Source of the DNA: Lingula anatina
Lineage: Eukaryota; Animalia; Brachiopoda
NCBI GenBank assembly: GCA_051362555.1
Contig: CM120647.1
Location: 12,500,651 to 12,564,650, forward strand
Direction: 5' to 3'
Length of the DNA stretch: 64,000 bases
In this document: one piece after another, positions 1 through 11,762 of the stretch
Numbering within the stretch: position 1 is the first letter of the stretch
Layout of the letters: each line of letters begins with the position of its first letter
The notes under the pieces: generated by a model
Told to the model about the DNA's origin: nothing
What the model saw: only the letters and a program-made list of their open reading frames with translations
Database searches by the model: none
Made by a program: the position numbers and the translations under genes

Positions 1-383
1 ATCTTACACTGTACCTCTAATTTTGCTATTTCAGTAGTTGTCTCAGAACCTCTCTTATCTATTTTACATGTAAAATAATAAGCAATCAAATCCCCATACA
101 CTACCCCTTATTTTGCTGTAGTTGTTCATACTCCAGAACCTCTCAAAACTCTTTCACACATAAAAAAGTGAGGTTACAAAACCCCATACACTATCTCTGA
201 TTTTGTTGTAGTTATTCATACTCCAGAACCTCTCTTAACTATTTTACACATAAAGAGTAAGCAATCAAATCCCCATACAGTACCTCTTATTTTGCTGTAG
301 TTATTCATACTCCAGACTGAGAACCTCTCTTAGCTATAATTTTACACATAAAGAGTATTAGCAATCAAACCCCCATACAGTAC
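1..383. repeat. ~90-100 bp tandem repeat derived from the CCP exon 3' end plus its donor
   Basis: About four extra copies of ccccatacagtacctcttattttgctgtagttgttcatactccagaacc. Confidence 0.85.
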
Positions 384-482
384 CTCTTATTTTGCTGTAG
401 TTGTTCATACTCCAGAACCACCTGACAGAAAACGTCCCCCATCTCCATGAAGTCAGACTGGTCGAAGTGCCGCGGATTGTGA
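384..482 (-). CDS. AGBL2: CCP exon ([32 protein letters not shown])
   Basis: Acceptor tctttcag and donor AG|gtactg; phase fits the 1157-1302 exon. Confidence 0.85.
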
Positions 483-1363
483 CTGAAAGATATATTTCAC
501 AGGAATTGGTTAATGAGATGAAAAGTGTGGTCTTACAATGCATTCAGAACAGGTGATCTGCGGACTAACTGATCCAGTGACTAAATATGGCCAACCTGAT
601 TAAAAAGCAAGCTGTCCTAATCCCCTGATGGTCTCTCTGACCGCATTCACATCGAGTTGAGCCATGGCTCTACAAAGCCACAAACTAAATATGGCGGACG
701 TACATGAAAGGAAAACCGCCTAATCTTTTAATAGTCTCTCCGCCTCTCACACACCTCCCGATGTGTCATCCCAATGGAGCCGAGATTTAATGACTGTACC
801 CCGCAGGGATGACGCATGGGGAGGCGTGTGAGAGGTGGAGAGACTAAAAGATTAGGCGGTTTTCCTTTCATGTACGTCCGCCATATTTAGTTCGTGGCTT
901 TGTAGAGCCATGGCTCAACTCGATGTGAATGCGGTCTCTGTCTCCACACACACACACCATAAAATGGATTAAATCTCAGCCTCAAGTTTAAATTGGCAGT
1001 CTCTGTAGCCTGAGAAGGCCTCTATGGTGAAGCTACTGGATATCTTACACCATATCGTATGGGAGGACCTCTCAAAATACCGCCAAAGGTGGATCTCTAA
1101 GACATTATGAATGCTGTTTTGTTCTACTCACTGAAGTGCTCTTATGTTCTACTCACTGAGTAATGGCAGTCCCTGAGAAAGTGGCTTCCATGGTGAAGCT
1201 ATTGGATATGCTGTATTGCCTGTACATCACCACACGTCCTGTGGCCTCCTTGCAGCGACGAATGTGAAACTTGCACGAGTTGAAGAAAAATTTTCCTGAA
1301 GCCTGGCAAGAATGGAATTCAAAACAACTTATGATTAATTCAATAAAAAAAAAATCAATATAA

Positions 1364-1422
<59 letters not shown>

Positions 1423-4400
1423 CAAGGGGGCTAATGCTGAATAAATATTTCTCAATTAGAGAGTGTACTCTTTACTAAACAAGTTTTTCCTATATAGTAC
1501 TCTTTAACAAAACACACCTTTTTTAACAAAAGACCAGGTAGATGAGCATCAAACAAATTCTCTCAAGGCATGGGAGCAGCATTTTGTTTGGGATTAAAAA
1601 CTTACATACCTTATTAGACATGAGCCATGGCAGCATCCTCTCCTGAAGGAATGCTTTCATGTTAGCTGCATTTTCTGGATTGCTACAGCCGTACATGAAC
1701 ACATTAGACTTCCGACTGTGTCCATGTAAATCACAGTATATAAGAATCTGAAAGCAGAGATTTGATTAGTAATACTAACAGTTCATTGGACTTCCGACTG
1801 TGTCCATGTATATCACAGTATATAGGAATCTGAAAGCAAAGAATTTAAGTGCTACAGTTCATATATTATTATAACAATCTATTTCATTCCTATATTCAGC
1901 TTGGGAACTTTAAACTTCCGTCCAATTTTGAAAGCTCCATTGAAGAGACAATAAATTCAACTAGTCTTTTAACTATTAAACTCCCAATTAATCAGGAATT
2001 ACCTCATTTTTGAGGGCGACCTCTGCCATCATGGCCTTGGTATGCCATACTGTGGGGAAGCTCTCGCGACGCGGGTGGCGGTAGTTACGATTCAGATCTC
2101 TAGCTCCTAGAGAGCACCTATAGTTTCCTACTATCACTCCGTCTATGTTGAGCATTGGCACAATTTTGAAAATAAATTTGTTTCGAAGTTGCTGAAAATA
2201 AAAAATTTAAATGTTATCATCAAACACAATATAATATTTTAATTAACATAAAAATCATTTTGATCTTAAACATACAACACTTTGAGAATGTATATAATTA
2301 AAATATATTAAAAAAAGAAAAGATTTGGCATCATTATGCCAAAATGTTCCAAAGGTGCTAAGTCAGTTCTATAATCACCAGAAAAGAATAAACCTCTTGT
2401 AATTTTAATTCTGCAATCCACACCACTTACTTTGGCAACAGAGTTTGAGCTGGTGATAAAATCTATCACCCCCTTCATCATCCAGCTGGCATTGGACTCC
2501 CCAGGGTGAACCCTGGCAGTGACGATCACTGCTTTCTTCTCAAAGTCATCTTTATCTGATACAAAAACAAATCTCATCATCATAAAAAAAAAAATCCTAT
2601 CTTATTTGTGGCTAATCAAACCAAAATATTTGAAACAAATCAATTTTTTCTTCCTTATTTTATCATTCTTCTTCTTTTTTTAAAATCAGTATTCACTTAT
2701 TTCTAAACATATTTTGGAATTTATGACAAAAAGAAGCCTGGCTTGAAAAATTTGGTGCCAGCATTTTAAGATGCAGTTAATGGCAACCACTTACCAAAGT
2801 TAGTGACAGTGAGTAAAAAGCAACTGTTCCCAGCCCTCGTCTCACACATGACTTCTCGTTTGACGACCCTTGACCTCTCAGGGTCAGATATGAGTAGGTC
2901 AAGGTCATCCTTCAGATCTGTGAAGGTATATGGATAACAGTGGGCAAGATAGCATGTGTCTTCTCCATGAGGAAATTCCTGAAATTAACGAAGAAAATTC
3001 TATTAATAATTATAAAAACTTAAAATTACGAAATAAATATATTATTTTATCAAATACCCCACTTCCTCTCTACCCTTATTACTTTTATAGGCTTAACTAC
3101 CTGCCCATGCAGTCATTGTTCCTCCTTAAACTTTAAGAAATTTCCAGGATTTGTTATGATACGGACATCATATTTAAAAATATAAAGATAAAAATTGTGA
3201 TTTTTAAAAACTGAATAGCCTTATGGTTTTAGACAAATTAGATTTTAAGGTAGATCAATGATAAATTTATCAAAAAATGTTTTGAAGCCAAATTAGAATA
3301 TATTTAGCATACGGCTATGATTTACTATAACAGAGCGAGCCGAGTTATTTGTACATTACTCACAATCTCAAACTCCAGTTCATAGTAAATGAGTTCTCTG
3401 TGCAGTAGTGGACACTGGACATGTTTATCATTTCTGTAGTAACTGGATGAAAAAAGAAAACATATTAAGTAAAAGCATATGTTGTCATGAAAACCTACAC
3501 AGCTTGCAATGCTTATCATCAGTACAAATAAACTGAAGTGCAGATTTAGTGTCAGATCAGTAAAACTTTGGTATTTTAAAGGCACGAACTAGTCATTCTT
3601 AGGATCAGTGAGACATGTTGATAGTCCATGCTAATCTGCGCGACCAGTGGGCTGAAGAAGTCTAAGTTGAAAGTTAAAGTATTCATAACAATTTTAAATA
3701 GGATAAAACGCTTTAAGTCAAATCTTCTCAAGTTTTTACCGTAGCTAAAAGCTCTGTTGTGTACCTGATATTGTGTCCTGTCCTGTACCAACCTATACCT
3801 TCTGATGCTGCCTTGGTCTCTGAGTACAACAATGGACGCATACCTAAAACATAATTCAAAATAATTGAATAAATTGAATAAATAATATATACATAATATA
3901 TTCATCTATTTTCTGTATGACAGGTATATTGTCTGCTGAATTATTAAATAAAATTTACTTCCAAACAACTCACCAGGATTATACATTATTATATACCTCT
4001 TCCACAGGTTGGTTATCCTCAACTTGAACCCCCAACCCCCCCCTGTACCCCTGCCAAACATCCATGTACACAAACACCACAACCATACAATATTTCCCCA
4101 ATGAAGTAGTGCCTCTTTCTCCCAAGTCACATTATACAGTATACCTTATATAGTAATACACATTACCTCCCCCCCCCCCCCCCCCCCCCCCCCACTTACC
4201 ATGATTATATAAACTGTCTCTCTTCAACAGGTTGGCTATCCTCAGTTTATACACTACTCCTGGCACCATACTCTTCACCCTGAAGTAGTACCACTGGGTG
4301 TGCCGCTTGGTGTACAGATCTGTCTTCAGCACCAATTCATATTCAAACTGGCCACTGAAATATCAAGTTGGTATTTGACTATCATACTAACCATTTAAGT

Positions 4401-4801
4401 AATAAAAAAACACACACAAAAAAAGGATGCACTTCCACATAATTTATGTACTAAGCTACATGTATGCTTAAAAAATTTCCTTACCAATAACCACTTTACA
4501 AAGCATATTATAAAATAAGTATTAAAGAACAATAAGGAAACATCACAGTTCACAGCAGAAAACTGGTACATGAGGAATATACAACAGTCTCATGACTGTC
4601 ACATGACTTACACTCTCCTGGCCTGGCGTAGGTTACCACACTCAAATCGAGACTCAAATGTGAGACTAGGACAACACCCCTCTGGCACGCGGGGCTGTGC
4701 ATAATCACGTGCACTCTTCTCGGAGTCAAACACGATCTGTATCCCCCTCCAGTTCCCTGTGTACGGAGTTTGCTGAGTGTCTACGGATTTGTTGGCTGGG
4801 A
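384..4801 (-). CDS. AGBL2: Cytosolic carboxypeptidase 2/3-like (Nna1/AGBL family, peptidase M14D, tubulin deglutamylase); 10 core exons; 3' end lies beyond the left window edge
   Basis: Exons 4612-4801, 4200-4354, 3765-3843, 3364-3442, 2795-2978, 2431-2555, 2003-2191, 1610-1747, 1157-1302 and 384-482 join in frame through GT-AG introns. Motifs: [28 protein letters not shown] (Zn HxxE), [24 protein letters not shown] (catalytic Glu). AGBL2 versus AGBL3 orthology cannot be resolved by eye. Confidence 0.93.
639..936. mobile_element. Foldback MITE, family A (PIF/Harbinger-like ends)
   Basis: About 130 bp near-perfect inverted arms GACCGCATTCACATCGAG...CTCGATGTGAATGCGGTC, flanked by TCT on both sides. 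Confidence 0.8.
1157..1302 (-). CDS. AGBL2: CCP exon with catalytic Glu ([12 protein letters not shown]...[14 protein letters not shown])
   Basis: Acceptor ttgccag and donor gtgagt; CCP C-terminal catalytic motif. Confidence 0.93.
1368..1418. repeat. (TA)n microsatellite; others near 4909, 41184, 45050 and 46785
   Basis: Read directly from the sequence. Confidence 0.95.
1610..1747 (-). CDS. AGBL2: CCP exon ([21 protein letters not shown]...PWLMSNK)
   Basis: Acceptor ctttcag and donor AAG|gtatgt; third Zn ligand in DLHGHS. Confidence 0.93.
2003..2191 (-). CDS. AGBL2: CCP exon ([37 protein letters not shown]...)
   Basis: Acceptor ttttcag and donor GAG|gtaatt; 189 bp, phase 0-0. Confidence 0.93.
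2431..2555 (-). CDS. AGBL2: CCP exon ([23 protein letters not shown])
   Basis: Acceptor gtatcag and donor gtaagt; HxxE zinc motif. Confidence 0.93.
2795..2978 (-). CDS. AGBL2: CCP exon ([21 protein letters not shown]...)
   Basis: Acceptor atttcag and donor G|gtaagt; YPYT motif. Confidence 0.92.
3364..3442 (-). CDS. AGBL2: CCP exon ([26 protein letters not shown])
   Basis: Acceptor tcatccag and donor gtgagt; phases match both neighbours. Confidence 0.88.
3765..3843 (-). CDS. AGBL2: CCP exon ([26 protein letters not shown])
   Basis: Acceptor gttttag and donor AG|gtacac; GMxPL.YS...GW.R.G pattern. Confidence 0.9.
4200..4354 (-). CDS. AGBL2: CCP exon ([26 protein letters not shown]...LYNH)
   Basis: Acceptor atttcag and donor G|gtaagt; WYYF motif. 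Confidence 0.92.
4612..4801 (-). CDS. AGBL2: CCP first common exon (..[19 protein letters not shown]), phase-1 acceptor
   Basis: Acceptor cttttccag and donor gtaagt; FESGNL-type motif. Confidence 0.92.
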
Positions 4802-4903
4802 CTGGAAAAGAATTCTTTTATTAATTTATTTTTTTTACACATTGGCACTTATATTTTTTATCATGTATTATAACTAATAATCTATATGTACTCAAATAAA
4901 CAT

Positions 4904-4980
<77 letters not shown>

Positions 4981-5489
4981 TAAATTGAATTATACAATTA
5001 AAATCAATGGGAAATGCAAAGAGAATGTTTCAGTTACAAATGAAGGGATTTTTTCTATTTTGATTGCTAAACTATTATAATCTGACAATAACATAAGTAT
5101 GAAATACATATTAGTAGACAAGAACATAAAATAACAGAAATATGGTTTTCATAAGCTAATTTAGAAAAAAACTGCAAGCTATCATCTGAAAAGAACATGA
5201 AATGTATATCAATAAAGCATGGAAATGGAAACTGAAAATAATGAAAAATCGATGCAGATTAATTGTAATAATACTGTAACACAAAGAATTATATTAATTT
5301 TTCATTTTGTTAATTAATAGTCACAGCAAAATAATACCAATAACCCTCCCGAAGCTACAACCAACGCATGTTACTTTCCCAAAACTTTAACAGCAAGTTT
5401 GCTATTTCTCTCTTAATGATACAGGTGCTCTCAATTCCAATCCCCAACCAACCCAGTATCCCCCACCGTTCACCCACAGTATCACTTAC

Positions 5490-5718
5490 CATCATATTCC
5501 AACTCAGTCCACAGCGGTTCCTCAAATGGCGGTGGTGTCCTAATGTGCCGCGGTGTCTCTAACACCACATTCTTATAGTTATGAGGCCAGTAAGGTCCGT
5601 AAGGCCAGTACTTAAAATCAGGAGGAGGGCGTTTAAATTTTGTCAGAAATCTCTCGAGCTCCTCAGAGTATTTGAAGAAGGTGCGGTACCATTCTCTTGT
5701 CTGGATACCCACCGCCAT
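5490..5718 (-). CDS. AGBL2: CCP N-terminal exon, proximal variant (MAVGIQ...YGPYWPHNYKNVVLETPRHIRTPPPFEEPLWTELEYD)
   Basis: ATG in gtcATGG context and phase-1 donor G|gtaagt that fits the 4801 acceptor. The frame stays open upstream to 5805, so it may instead be an internal exon from about 5801. Confidence 0.78.
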
Positions 5719-7294
5719 GACTGGATAACCGGATACTCTGTGGTACTTATCCGGTTTAGTACATGTTAGTAGAAGTGCATGGATATACTGGGTATATCCA
5801 TCTAGTCAGTGATCAGATCAAGTGCTATGTTATTCCTTCATTCATGGTGGGCAGTTTGCCTCGGAGAAGTCCTGCAAATTGCGCATAAAAATACAAAACA
5901 CATTTCAACGTACCATTATACAAAATGTAGTAACATGGCTATGTCGATGCATTTCTTTGCTGAGTTGTATGTTCAATGTTAATAGCAGGCTTCATACTAG
6001 GTTGTAGATATATCTTCATTTCTTCTCATCATATCCAGATTACTGTCAATCCATTAACAGACTTCAATCGACTCAGTTTTTACCTTTAAGTTATAATGAC
6101 AACATAAGTACCTGCACTTGTACAAAAGCCTTGTTGTGGCCAGGTCCCTTGTGTTTTTGAGAAGTGCCTCACATTACAAACAACAAAGCAAAGGGTATCC
6201 ACTGGAAAATAGGCTCACTAGATACCTTTGAAAACTGAGTCCTGATATTATGAAACAAGTCCTGTTTACATCAGCCCTAACTTAGCACAGATATCGACTA
6301 ACCTGAATCAGCACCGTCTGAAGTAAATAAGTGTCCATTTTATGTAAGAAGACAGGTCTCAGATAGTAAAATTCAACATCAATCAACCTTGTATCTTCTG
6401 GTGTATAATACCACAGGTTTGAATAGATATGTTGTATCAGATGTAATTTGGCCACAGGTGTGAACAGACCCAATGAATCTGTTTCATATGATCCGTAACT
6501 CATCTAAATACTACCAGCATGTCTCCCCCAATCTCATAACTCCTCCCCCAGTAATATCTTATGACTCAATTATTATTTGCAGCTTTTATTCACCAGCAAT
6601 CTGATTATCTAGTACCATTAGTACATTCCTACTGCCACTGGTACTTTGGCTATTTTCAAATACGGAGGTGTCAAGCCATGCTGTATTGAATTAAAATAGG
6701 ATTAAAGGGAAGTTAATAGAACCAGGTGTCTATCCATATTGATCCTGAGATGAACTGAAATGGGATCAAAAGAAAATTAAGTAATTTAATACAGAAAACT
6801 GATAAAAATTTCACTGACCTGATCAGAAAAACAGATTCCAGGAAAAATATTCCCCCAATAGGTAGATCTGAGAAATGCTACTCCACTTTACCTGATCTTC
6901 TGATGTTATCAATAAGATTATTTCTGGCCCAAGTCTAGAAGTTAGAGGGCATTCTTCAGGAGGGAAGAAACTAATCACATCTGGTGCAATTTGATCTAGA
7001 TTTGAGCACACAGACATTGTTATTTAGAAATGGTGTAGCAATTAAAAACACTCAAAATGTCTTTACAGTACAGATTTAATCTCAGTTTTGTTTCTATACA
7101 CTTAACCTGACTGGTCAATGTTTAACATTAAGTTTAAGATCAAATTATAATTATTGATTACTTCCTTCATATTTGTATCTTTCCTTTTTATTACAAGAAT
7201 ACCATGATAATGATTATCATAAATTAAATCTGATTATTTAAATGATTTACTTTATAGTTAGGACATATGTAATCTATAATGCTCACATTTTCCC

Positions 7295-8053
7295 TTAATA
7301 AGGAAAACCCTTTGGCATATTTGTAGCAGAATCTAAGTTTTTATCATATAGCTTTTCATTTAGCAGATAGCGCTTTGATGGCATTTCATCTTCCTTTTTC
7401 CTTTCAGTTCTTCTTGAAGCAGAAGATGATGGAGCAGACTTCAGAAAGTCACCACCCTTTTCCCTTTCATTTTTCCTTGAAACAGAAATACTTGTATTAT
7501 CCTCTACAGATCCTGAGGAACCTACTGCCTGCGTTAATGCTAAATGATCTTGTGCAGGGGCAGTTCTCGTCAAATGTTCAGACTCGTTCCCAGATAAATC
7601 ATCCTGCGATGATGGCTCTGCATTTTGGGAAATATTAGAGTCATCGTGATGTTTTCTCCGTCGCAAGGACGCAGATGTCACATACAGGTGTGTCACATGC
7701 AAACGGCATATTTCAGTGTTATTGATTTTCTGCATGTAAGGAACAAGGATACTCCTTGTCCTGTCAGAACTACTGTGACAGGCGCCATCTTTAGTTCTCA
7801 TTTCACTTCTGCTTGTCATGGCAACATCCCTGTCTCTCCTGGCAACATCCCTATCTGTCATGGCAACATCCCTATCTGTTACACTGTTTTTCTCCATGCT
7901 ATATTTCTCTTTTCCCACTGCCCCCTCAACTCCAGTCTTTTTCTTTGTTGTCACTTTCAAATCCTCAGCCTGTTTTTTCTTCCTCCCAATTCTACAAGTT
8001 GGATCAGTCTTTTCATCCATTGTACCAATTATTAACAATGATACCACATACAT
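7295..8053 (-). CDS. Orphan 252-aa low-complexity, charged ORF inside the CCP 5' region (likely start 8020)
   Basis: Long open frame in AT-rich intronic DNA, with a 7-aa repeat (DRDVAxx). No recognisable domain, and the stop precedes the nearest donor. Confidence 0.4.
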   Translation of the reverse strand: MYVVSLLIIGTMDEKTDPTCRIGRKKKQAEDLKVTTKKKTGVEGAVGKEKYSMEKNSVTDRDVAMTDRDVARRDRDVAMTSRSEMRTKDGACHSSSDRTRSILVPYMQKINNTEICRLHVTHLYVTSASLRRRKHHDDSNISQNAEPSSQDDLSGNESEHLTRTAPAQDHLALTQAVGSSGSVEDNTSISVSRKNEREKGGDFLKSAPSSSASRRTERKKEDEMPSKRYLLNEKLYDKNLDSATNMPKGFPY

Positions 8054-8899
8054 TAAATTATAAACAATACAGTCTGTTAACCAAGATGGAGCAATTCACT
8101 AGAAGTTATATAAGTAGGTGCTCATTACAATTTTATACAATGAAGCAATGGAGAGATTTCACTCCAACTTTAGATTTGGTATATAGTGACTGGAAGATTT
8201 CACTACAGCTTTTAATTCAGCATGCAGCCAATATTCCTATTTTTCTCAGCTTATGCAAAGCACATCAAGTCACTAGATACTACATGGATTTCTAATCAAA
8301 TTATCAAGTTTCATGATAATCTTACAACCAGCAAAAAAAGTCTTCACAAATGGTAAATGAAATGGAATAAGAGCTGCAGCAGTCTAGAATCACGAATCAA
8401 TGCAATGCTGTTCAAAACAGAAAAGTCAAAGGAAGAACTCCAGTTATATGGTCAATTGTAAAACCAAACTTGGATCAATTGTTACAGATTACATAGTGGT
8501 TTGATTTGCAAAATACAAAGAACAAACATATCCCCTTTCGGTTCAGGCTTGTAACTTGTCAGCATCAATCTTTTTGAAAATTGCGATCAAATCAGTTCTG
8601 GTGACAACTTGATTTTGGTGACATTTGTCATCAGTCACAGTGACAACATAATCAACAATGTTGGTGGGAAACCATAAGCAGAAAATGTGCTTTTGGATTT
8701 TTGAATAGGTGATGACATTGGTCTTAACTGCTTAATCAAAAAAGAGAAATGCGTTAATCTAATGACACATGAACCTAAAAGTACTGGTATTATCCACTAA
8801 GTGACTTTCAAATATTTTTCTAAAATATTCTGTTTCAATTCTTCAATCAAAGGTAAAAAAAAAAAATGCATGCCATGACATATGCATCAACATGTACAA

Positions 8900-10250
8900 T
8901 CAACACCCAGACAACTTTCCTCTAAACATCAACATATTTCCAATAAAATTTCCAGAGATTAGCTCCAGGTAAAATATATGATTTGAGCGTCAACACAGGT
9001 GTAATAGCCTCAGTCCACATATGCTGTCTGTTATCTTAGCAGCACCCAGTGTCAGATATGCCAAAACACATGGAAAGTTTGTCGTTGAGAGTGGTGTCCC
9101 AGAGACAGTCTGACACTTACGTGTCCTCAGGTGGACTGTGATAAAGTTGTCAACTTTGGCACCTGGTGACAGCCAGCAGGTAAGACGTGCATGTCACACC
9201 CAATGAGAAAGTTTAATTATGATGTTACAGGGTGGGTGGTGGCGTTGACGACGATGAGTGGATGGTGGAATAAGGCAGTCAATGGCTACTGTCAGCTGTA
9301 CTTTTAGTGCAGGTGTGTGATAGTCAGTGAAAAACTGGCTTTACATCTGGACTAAGATGACAATTAAGATGATTCACTGATATTATTTATGATGATGAAC
9401 TGTGAATTGACAGCTGTAGGCACTTTCCAATCACTGTCACACTGGTTATTGATGACAAATTCTGATAGCTCTCTCTTGAAAAAAAAAAAAAAACCCACAA
9501 ACACAGACGTGCTGTAGCCAACTCCCTGCAACACTGATAGTTGCAGACAAATTCCTGTGACTCTGACTTCTGAATAATTTCTTCAGTCCAGCAACTAAGG
9601 ACTTCCAAATCTTCTTTCACAGCACAAACATGTATCTTTACAGCTGTAAATGCCCAAGTTAAGGAAATAACAGGTACATTAACTATTAGACTATTGGATG
9701 AATTTTATCTTAAGCCTTTAAGCTGCTGAACAATGATGAATAAGATTCACAAGCATTGACTCTAATACGCTGTCAGGTAAAGGTATTCCGTTCCTGTTAA
9801 TACTGTATCCAGGATGCATCATATCCTGCAAATATCTTTTATGAACTAGACTGAAACTCCCACTGCCATTCTGGTAACTGTAACAACTACTTGTGATCTG
9901 CTGCCAGTTCAAGTCCAATCAATAGGACACTTTCAATCAAATTAAGGTCAAAGTTTTATAGGGAAAAAAATGCCATTTGTTGCATCAGGTCGGGCACTCT
10001 ACACATCAGTGTGGTATTGTTAGTGTTGTCAAAGTCACGTCAGCACGTATTAACAGTTTAATGGTAAAAGACAGGAAGACACATCACTCAAATGCTGTTT
10101 CTTGGATAAGCAGCACAAAAACAACAATTTTTCCACCTTCCTTTCTAGTAAATAACTCTCAGTCACGTAAGTTTTGGGGCACCTGCCCTCAGCACCTGAT
10201 AAATCCCCAACATTCACAGATTAGGTCTGAATGGTGAGTTTTTCATTAAA
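8900..10250 (-). mobile_element. Highly decayed L2-like LINE remnant
   Basis: Minus-strand relics resembling GKIVVFVLL..AF (RT) and ITPVL; boundaries are approximate. Confidence 0.35.
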
Positions 10251-11079
10251 ATTGACAGTTAATATCCCCAAGAATCCTTTACACGTATAAAGCCACTTCT
10301 TTCACATTTCTCTTCAGAAACTCAGCCTGCAAACCAGGTAACGTTTCTCCTCAGAAGTCCCCAGGCATGCCTAATCCAGTGGACCCACAGATTAACAAAT
10401 CATAACAGCTTTCGCGTCTCGCTGTCAGTTATCTCAACTCGTGAAATGCGGAAAGCTAAAAACATTATCTTGGAGTATTTAAATCTATGAGGTAGCTTGG
10501 GATAATATGTCATTTTTCTCTCCCTGGCCCCTGCTAACAATTACGTTCCATGTGTACCCAGCAAAACGGCAGAGATTTATTCACCCGGTGGATTATTTGA
10601 GAGGAGTTTCATCACTCTGCACCTATTACACTAACCCTTTACAAACCATCCCTTTCCAAAAATCAACTGGCATTATAGCCTATATACATGAAACCAAGCA
10701 TGATGATGGGCCAAGAAGGGTTAATGTCAATATTCTCTTTATAAGTCAACACATTGCTAATGTATTCAAGCACATGTTTCCATCAATAAGTTTTAATTTG
10801 AAATTCTTGGTCTTTAAGTGCTCTCTGAATTGGCTATTAGGTGTACTTCATCTGGGATGCAGTGCCATTCATCTGGCTAACTAATTTGGAACTGTTAGTA
10901 CAAATCAATAGTTCGAGTTGTGAATTGTGTGGTCCTATTTTGAACTGTATTTAGTTTTCAAAAAAGGACTTTTGCTGTCAACATTCCAAAACAGATTTGT
11001 CACACCAAACAAAGGGCTTTTTTCCCCTTAATTTTTGAAATAATCAAACTTTTACCCATAAGAATTTTGTAACAACCAG

Positions 11080-11340
11080 GGCCCAGTTTTATAAAGGACG
11101 TTTAGCACTAACCAGTGGATAAGCCTAACCAGTGGATAAATTCCCCTAACACCCATTAACTAAAAGATGGTTAAATTGTGTTTTATATACAGTCTTTTAA
11201 CAGAAAACAGCCAATTAGTTAACTGGCCAGTGTTTTACTGGATTAAATAATTATTTAAAGGTCAGTTTACTAACAGACTATTTAGGTCTGGTTAGAGTTA
11301 AACACTGGTTAGTGCTAAACGTCCTTTATAAAACTGGGCC
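11080..11340. mobile_element. MITE with perfect TIRs and CAG target duplication (PIF/Harbinger-like)
   Basis: GGCCCAGTTTTATAAAGGACGTTTAGCACTAACCAGTG and its exact reverse complement; CAG on both flanks. Confidence 0.88.
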
Positions 11341-11704
11341 CAGGTTTTATACATCTCTGTGCTTAAATATTTTGTACCTTAAATATTTCAATTCATGATA
11401 AAAAAATAAATACCTAATGCTAATAGACAAACTAAAATTTTCATGCCACTTTTTTATAATTTAAAGAAATCGTATTAGATCAATTTTTCAGGATACATAA
11501 CACATTGCATCTGCACAGTCAGTGATCATTCAGTGACAGCAGATTCATGAATCAAACAAACCCCTTGACAACCACAAAAAGAGATAACTTATATTCTTAG
11601 TACTTAACCTTCTACCAACAGATCAAAATCAGTCTGAAGCAAAATCTATCCCTACTGGTAACGCCTGCCATCAAATTTCAACTCCCCAATAAACAAAACC
11701 CTAC

Positions 11705-11762
11705 CTTGGCCAGGGGTACCCGTCTTGTTTGTTTTTATCCTTAAGCGTCCTTTCTGGCTCAT
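11705..11762 (-). CDS. Candidate short alternative first exon (MSQKGRLRIKTNKTGTPGQ)
   Basis: Phase-1 donor AAG|gtaggg; sits in a small CpG-retaining patch. Short enough to arise by chance. Confidence 0.25.

Noticed and set aside
358-543. ORF-track peptide MHCKTTLF... and an apparent frameshift in the last visible CCP exon
   Set aside because: This is the wrong frame. Counting five G in ATGGGGGAC gives the continuous CCP frame [13 protein letters not shown].
4886-5080. ORFs with YIYI, SLSL, THTH, poly-K or poly-F runs (also 25009, 26800, 27195, 37345, 38311, 44890, 46722)
   Set aside because: These are open frames created by microsatellites and homopolymers.
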